A DNA stretch of 64,000 nucleotides, taken from assembly GCF_006345805.1 (NCBI RefSeq), contig NC_043003.1:37138001-37202000 (forward strand), read 5' to 3'. Positions 58,823 to 64,000 of this stretch are shown here, in pieces. Made by a program: the position numbers and the translations under genes. Source of the DNA: Octopus sinensis. Its lineage: Eukaryota. Under the pieces are notes generated by a model. That model was not told the DNA's origin. It searched no databases and saw only the letters and a list, made by a program, of their open reading frames with translations. Positions within the stretch are counted from its first letter, which is position 1. Each line of letters opens with the position of its first letter.

Positions 58823-59449
58823 ATATATATATATCATAATAATTTAATACTAATTTACTAACTTATTATATGTATATAAATATATATACATATCCGCATA
58901 TATATATATGGATGTATGTATAGATGTATAGACAAAGACAGCTGCATATATATTTTTTCTTTTATTCTTTTACTCATTTCAGTCATTTGACTGCGGCCAT
59001 GCTGTAGCACCGTGTGTGTGTGTGTATATATATATGTATATATACATACATATATATATATACACACATATATATATATGTGTCTGTGCGTGTGTGTGCC
59101 CATACATATATATATATATATGGCTATTTACATTTATAGGTTTATATATGTATACATATATGTTTGTTCGTATATATATATATATACACATATGTATATA
59201 AATATACAAACACACTCACACACACATATACATACACCTACATTTGCAAATATGCATATTACATATATGTTGTGTACTTTTATATATGTGCGTGTGTATA
59301 ATTTGTGTGTGTGCATTCATATATGTATGTATATATATTATATGTGCGTGTATATATAAGTATATACATACATGTATATATATAAATCCTTCCTGAGTAC
59401 CGGTTTCCCTGTTTCCGCGATACATATATTCTCCCACAAGATGGGGTGC

Positions 59450-59900
59450 CGCTCCGTTGCAGAATTACTATTTTACTGCCAGCCGAGTGAACTGGAGCAG
59501 CGTGAAGTGAAATGGTTTGCTGAAGTTCAAGCATGTTGCCCAGTCCAGGAATCGAAACTGCAATCTCACGATCATGATTCGAATACACCAACCACTAAAC
59601 CACGTGCTTCTACACACATACATATGCATACATGCATACATAGATTCGTGGAGGCACATGGCCTAGTGGTTATAGAACGACACGCCGAGCAGCGGACACG
59701 CCCGGTCGAACGTGTGTGTTTATGAGCAAAACACCTAAGCTCCACGCGGCTCCGGCAGAAGGTAATGGCGAACTCCTGCTGATTCTTTTCCCACCACATT
59801 CTCTCACTCCTGCATCTTGCAGCCCACCTGCGACGGACCGACGTCCCGTCCAGGTGGGGAACCTATACGCCAAGGAAAACGGAAAACCGACCCTTATGGG
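59450..59900. mobile_element. Two divergent tRNA-headed SINE copies (59450-59610 -, 59650-59900 +)
   Basis: tggtttagtggt/tggcctagtggt A-box-like heads. The plus copy shares aaaacacctaagctccacgcggctccggcag with family C. Confidence 0.7.
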
Positions 59901-59939
59901 AACAAACATACATAGATACATGTATACATACATATATGT

Positions 59940-60755
59940 ACATGCACATTTACCCACTAACATACGAGTGTACATACATACATACATACATACATACATA
60001 CATACATACATACATACATGCATACATACATACATGCATACATGCATACATGCATACATACATACATACATACATACATACATACATACATACATACATA
60101 CATACATACATACATACATACATACATACATACATACATACATACGCACTGCCTAAATAACAATCTTGAGAAATTAGGCTTCTCAAAACCAGAATGGTAA
60201 AAGCTGATTCGAAGACTACAGATCCAAGCTATCGCTGGTACTGTAAAAGTCTATAAAACTTTCCAGAAGTTTATCATTTAAGTAGTACATCGTATGCTAA
60301 ATGGTGAAAATAATTACAGCTTTAAATACGTGGGTAACTTCTGTCTAGATATGCACCCATATGCATGAGAATACATACATAAAACAAAACATACAAATCT
60401 GCACATATACATACATACATACATACATACATACATACATACATACATGCATGCATGCATGCATACATACATACATACATACATACATACATACATACAT
60501 ACATACATACATGCATACATACATACATACATACATACATACATGCATGCATGCATACATACATACATACATACATACATACATACATACATACATACAT
60601 ACATGCATGCATGCATGCATGCATGCATACATATATACATACATACATACATACATACATACATACATACATACATACATACATACATACATACATACAT
60701 ACATACATACATACATACATACATACATACATACATACATACATACATACATACT
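59940..60755. repeat. (ACAT)n/(GCAT)n tetranucleotide arrays
   Basis: Directly visible. Confidence 0.95.
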
Positions 60756-61509
60756 TATGTCTATACGTGACTATTTGGATAAGCTAGATTTCTCGGAAAA
60801 GGAAATCAAGCATCTAATTTGCACATTAAAATATAATCTGTAAGTGGAACAATAAAAATATGCAAGACCTTTCTCATGCTTTGATATCTACGTTCCAGCG
60901 ATGTGATTTGTGTCTTTGTTACAAAGCAAGTCCTTCTTCAGAAGAAGAATTCAAATAATTAAATACAGAAGAGAACTTGCATACACACCACCATAATATT
61001 TGGCTTTATACTTTATTAATTTTTGTTTTTGTCTGGTTTTGTTCTTCGGAATATTTTAAAGTTCATTCTATTAGTGTTCATGCTTGGTGTGGAAAAATGA
61101 CTTTCAAAACACTGATTTGTTCTATGTATTTCTGTTAGAGGCAATTAACGCCATTTACTTGCCTTGCAAGATGTCCACCTCAAGAATAGCAAGAAGAGAT
61201 GCCAGCCACAGTAGTGGTAGAACGAGGCTCAATAAACAATCTCATCTGTGATTCATTATAAAAACACAAATGTAGACTATTAAAAATCATACGATGTAGA
61301 AATTTAACAGACAGTTTGAGACTTTTACAAAAGACAAAGATGGCAAAATCGCCAACTCAAATTAGAATAACAAGAGCAACAAGAACAGCAATTCAGTCGT
61401 TCTTAGTGTTGGAAGCCAAAAGTAAATACTAGACATCAATCAATTCTAGATAAAAGTAGAAATGGAAGAGGTGTATCAGAAAATAAAGTGCTTTGTTGCT
61501 TACCAATTT

Positions 61510-61890
61510 ACTCTTTTACTTGTTTCAGTCATTTGACTGTGGCCATGCTGGAGCACAACGTTTAGTCGAGCAAAGCACCCCCAGAACATATTCTTTGTAA
61601 GCCTAGTACTTATTCTATCGGTCTCTTTTGCCGAACCGCTAAGTTACGGGGACGTAAACACACCAGCAACTGTTGTCAAGTGATGTTGGGGGGACAAACA
61701 CAGATGCACATACATATACACACACATGCACATATATATATTTATATATACATACGACGGGCTTCTTTCAGTTTCCGTCCACCAAATCCACTCACAAGGC
61801 TTTGGTCGGCCCGAGGCTATAGTAGAAGACTCTTGCCCGAGGTGCCACGCAGTGGGACTGAGCCCGAAATTATGTGGTTCGTGAGAAAAT
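61510..61890 (-). mobile_element. SINE family B copy
   Basis: Reverse complement of family B. Confidence 0.9.
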
Positions 61891-62187
61891 GAAAAAAAAA
61901 AAATGAGAAAAACAATTTTTTTTATTTAAAAAAAGTGGGTAAGGATTTTATATGCCGTCGAAAAAGGAGCTGGAGGGAGTCTTAATGGAATCTAAGGAAT
62001 AAGCGAGAGCTCTTGCTAATATTTGGAGGGTTATATGCCTCCTCAGCCAGGGCAGAATATAAGGTAGTGGGTATTTGGCCTTAAAGACAGAAATCCAGAC
62101 GAAGAGACAGACAGAACCAGTTTGACATACAACCTAATTCACAACCAAAGATCTGGATAGTGACTTTAATTCCTTGATTGTTCTTAC

Positions 62188-62352
62188 ATTTGCAGCACAG
62201 TAAGAGCAGCTCTTGATCGCGAAGCTGATCCGCAATAGCATGTGATCGGGCGGGAATTTCCATGAACAACTAGATTCTGATGACCCGCAAAGCAAAGCAA
62301 CAAAACGATCCGACGTAAAAGGAGAGAAGTCGATCTCATGTATTGTACAGAA
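62188..62352 (-). CDS. Candidate host exon, possibly the first coding exon of a secreted protein (unidentified)
   Basis: Acceptor ttttcttttcAG, donor aat|GTAAGA, 165 nt. Encodes MRSTSLLLRRIVLLLCFAGHQNLVVHG-NSRPITCYCG, signal-peptide-like. No homolog recognised. Confidence 0.3.
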
Positions 62353-62989
62353 CTGAAAAGAAAATCATTATACACGTAAATATTAGAACCTCTCTCCCCA
62401 CCTCCATCCTGGGGTCATTCTCTTAAGATGTCTTAAAGCATACAGAGTAGGAAGTAGCAGAGATGTTATTTGTAATGTTATCAACACTGGTGAAGACCAT
62501 GACTATCGTGGCAACCTTTTCAAACCGATGCTGCTGCTTCTGAAGCAAATGCTGCTAATGGGACCACTCTTTCCATAGTACCTCAGATCGCAGCCTCCAG
62601 GATGGCAAGAGCAAAGAGAGAAAAAGATACTATTTTATGGTCAATGCTACAAGCACCGGCGGCCGACGAGTTATGTCACCTATATGCAAGGTGTCTCTTT
62701 CTCCAGAACACAGCTACAAATTTCTTGGAGAGTAGGGATAGATGTAACGTTAGATTAGTTTAACTCCATTGTGTAACAGGTCCTTACTTTGCTTTCTCCG
62801 AAAGTTAAAAAATTAAGACGACATATGCGCAATTTAAATTCGGACATAAGACGTTCAATATACTTTTCCATTTCCTCCGATCTACATTAAATAGTACCAG
62901 TAATATCATGTGAAAGATAACTCTTATAATAGATACCTGTCAAAGTTAGAAATCATTTTTATTAATGTATTAATTTCCTCACAGTCAGA

Positions 62990-63111
62990 CAGCATCGTCG
63001 TCGCCGTCGTCATCATCATCATTATCATCATCATCATCATTATCACCATCATCAACATCGTTGTCGACGCCGTTGTCGTTGTCATCGAACTCGTCATCAT
63101 CGTCGTCGTCG

Positions 63112-63152
<41 letters not shown>

Positions 63153-63560
63153 GTCGTCATCGTCATCGTCGTCGTCGTTGCCATCTTCATTATCGTCCTC
63201 GACTCACCTTACACCGCCATCGCCACCATCATTATCATCATCATCATTATCATCACCATCATTATCATCATTATCATCGTTGTTATCAAGCCTGTCACCA
63301 TCACCACCACCACACCTGCCAACACCACTGACACCACTACTAGTATCATCATCATCATCATCATCATTACCATAATCATCACCATCTTAACCGTCATCTG
63401 CCTTTTGATTCTCACCCTAACAGCCATCGTCATCATCACCACCATCACCATCATCACAAACATCACCATCATCGCAAACATCATCACCACTGCCACTACT
63501 GCAGACCCCCATCATTATCATCACCACCACCACAATCATCAACATCATCGTCGCCGTCGT
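62990..63560. repeat. Degenerate (CAT)n/(CGT)n/(CAC)n trinucleotide array
   Basis: Directly visible. Source of the poly-I/S/M ORFs. Confidence 0.95.
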
Positions 63561-64000
63561 CGCTGTACTCGTGGTTGCCATAGTTTCCATCATCCTTGTT
63601 TTATATTTTATTTCTTTTCATTTTTTTGTCTTCGGTTTATTTTTATATTTCTCCAAACAAGAATACGCACACACACGTATATATTAACATAAGTGTGCGC
63701 ATGTGTATGCATACACCCATGCGCACACACACGCACATACACACACACACATATATATATACATATATACATATATATCTATATATACATATATATATAC
63801 ATATATATACATATATATATACATATATATATACATATATATATACATGTATATACATGTATACATTTATATACACAGACATAAATGCAAATATACACGT
63901 ACATACGCACATATGCACTCACACACACATATATATACATATATACATATATATATATGTACATATATATACACATATATATATATATATATACAAATAT

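Noticed and set aside
59670-60843. Many long MYVC/HTYI ORFs (similar ORFs at 26.3-30.7 kb, 43.2-44.5 kb, 62.9-64 kb)
   Set aside because: Translations of simple repeats.
62500-62760. ~86-codon open frame on the plus strand (QTDAAASEANAANG...)
   Set aside because: No convincing splice sites or early ATG and no recognisable domain.

Overview
AT-rich animal genomic DNA saturated with repeats. The SINE families and the extreme microsatellite load fit an octopus (coleoid cephalopod), which is an inference. No host gene can be named with confidence; only a few unverified exon-like segments are seen, mostly on the minus strand. Nearly all coding signal is transposon-derived: L1/Tx1-like, R4/Dong-like (three copies stacked in a TAA microsatellite), CR1/L2-like, RTE-like and Penelope-like retroelements, a mariner element plus a mariner MITE, and more than 25 tRNA-derived SINE copies or fragments. 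The main signal the ORF track misses is RNA structure. Seven type I hammerhead-ribozyme-like motifs plus one half motif can be read by eye; most have a palindromic stem III of the dimer-dependent kind known from Penelope-like elements (PLEs). Five of the seven, plus the half motif, sit in three inverted repeats as back-to-back outward-pointing pairs. The youngest pair is a near-perfect 469-bp palindrome at 38092-38560. All calls are by manual reading with no BLAST, Infernal or folding runs, element boundaries are approximate, and a 100-N gap lies at 58723-58822.
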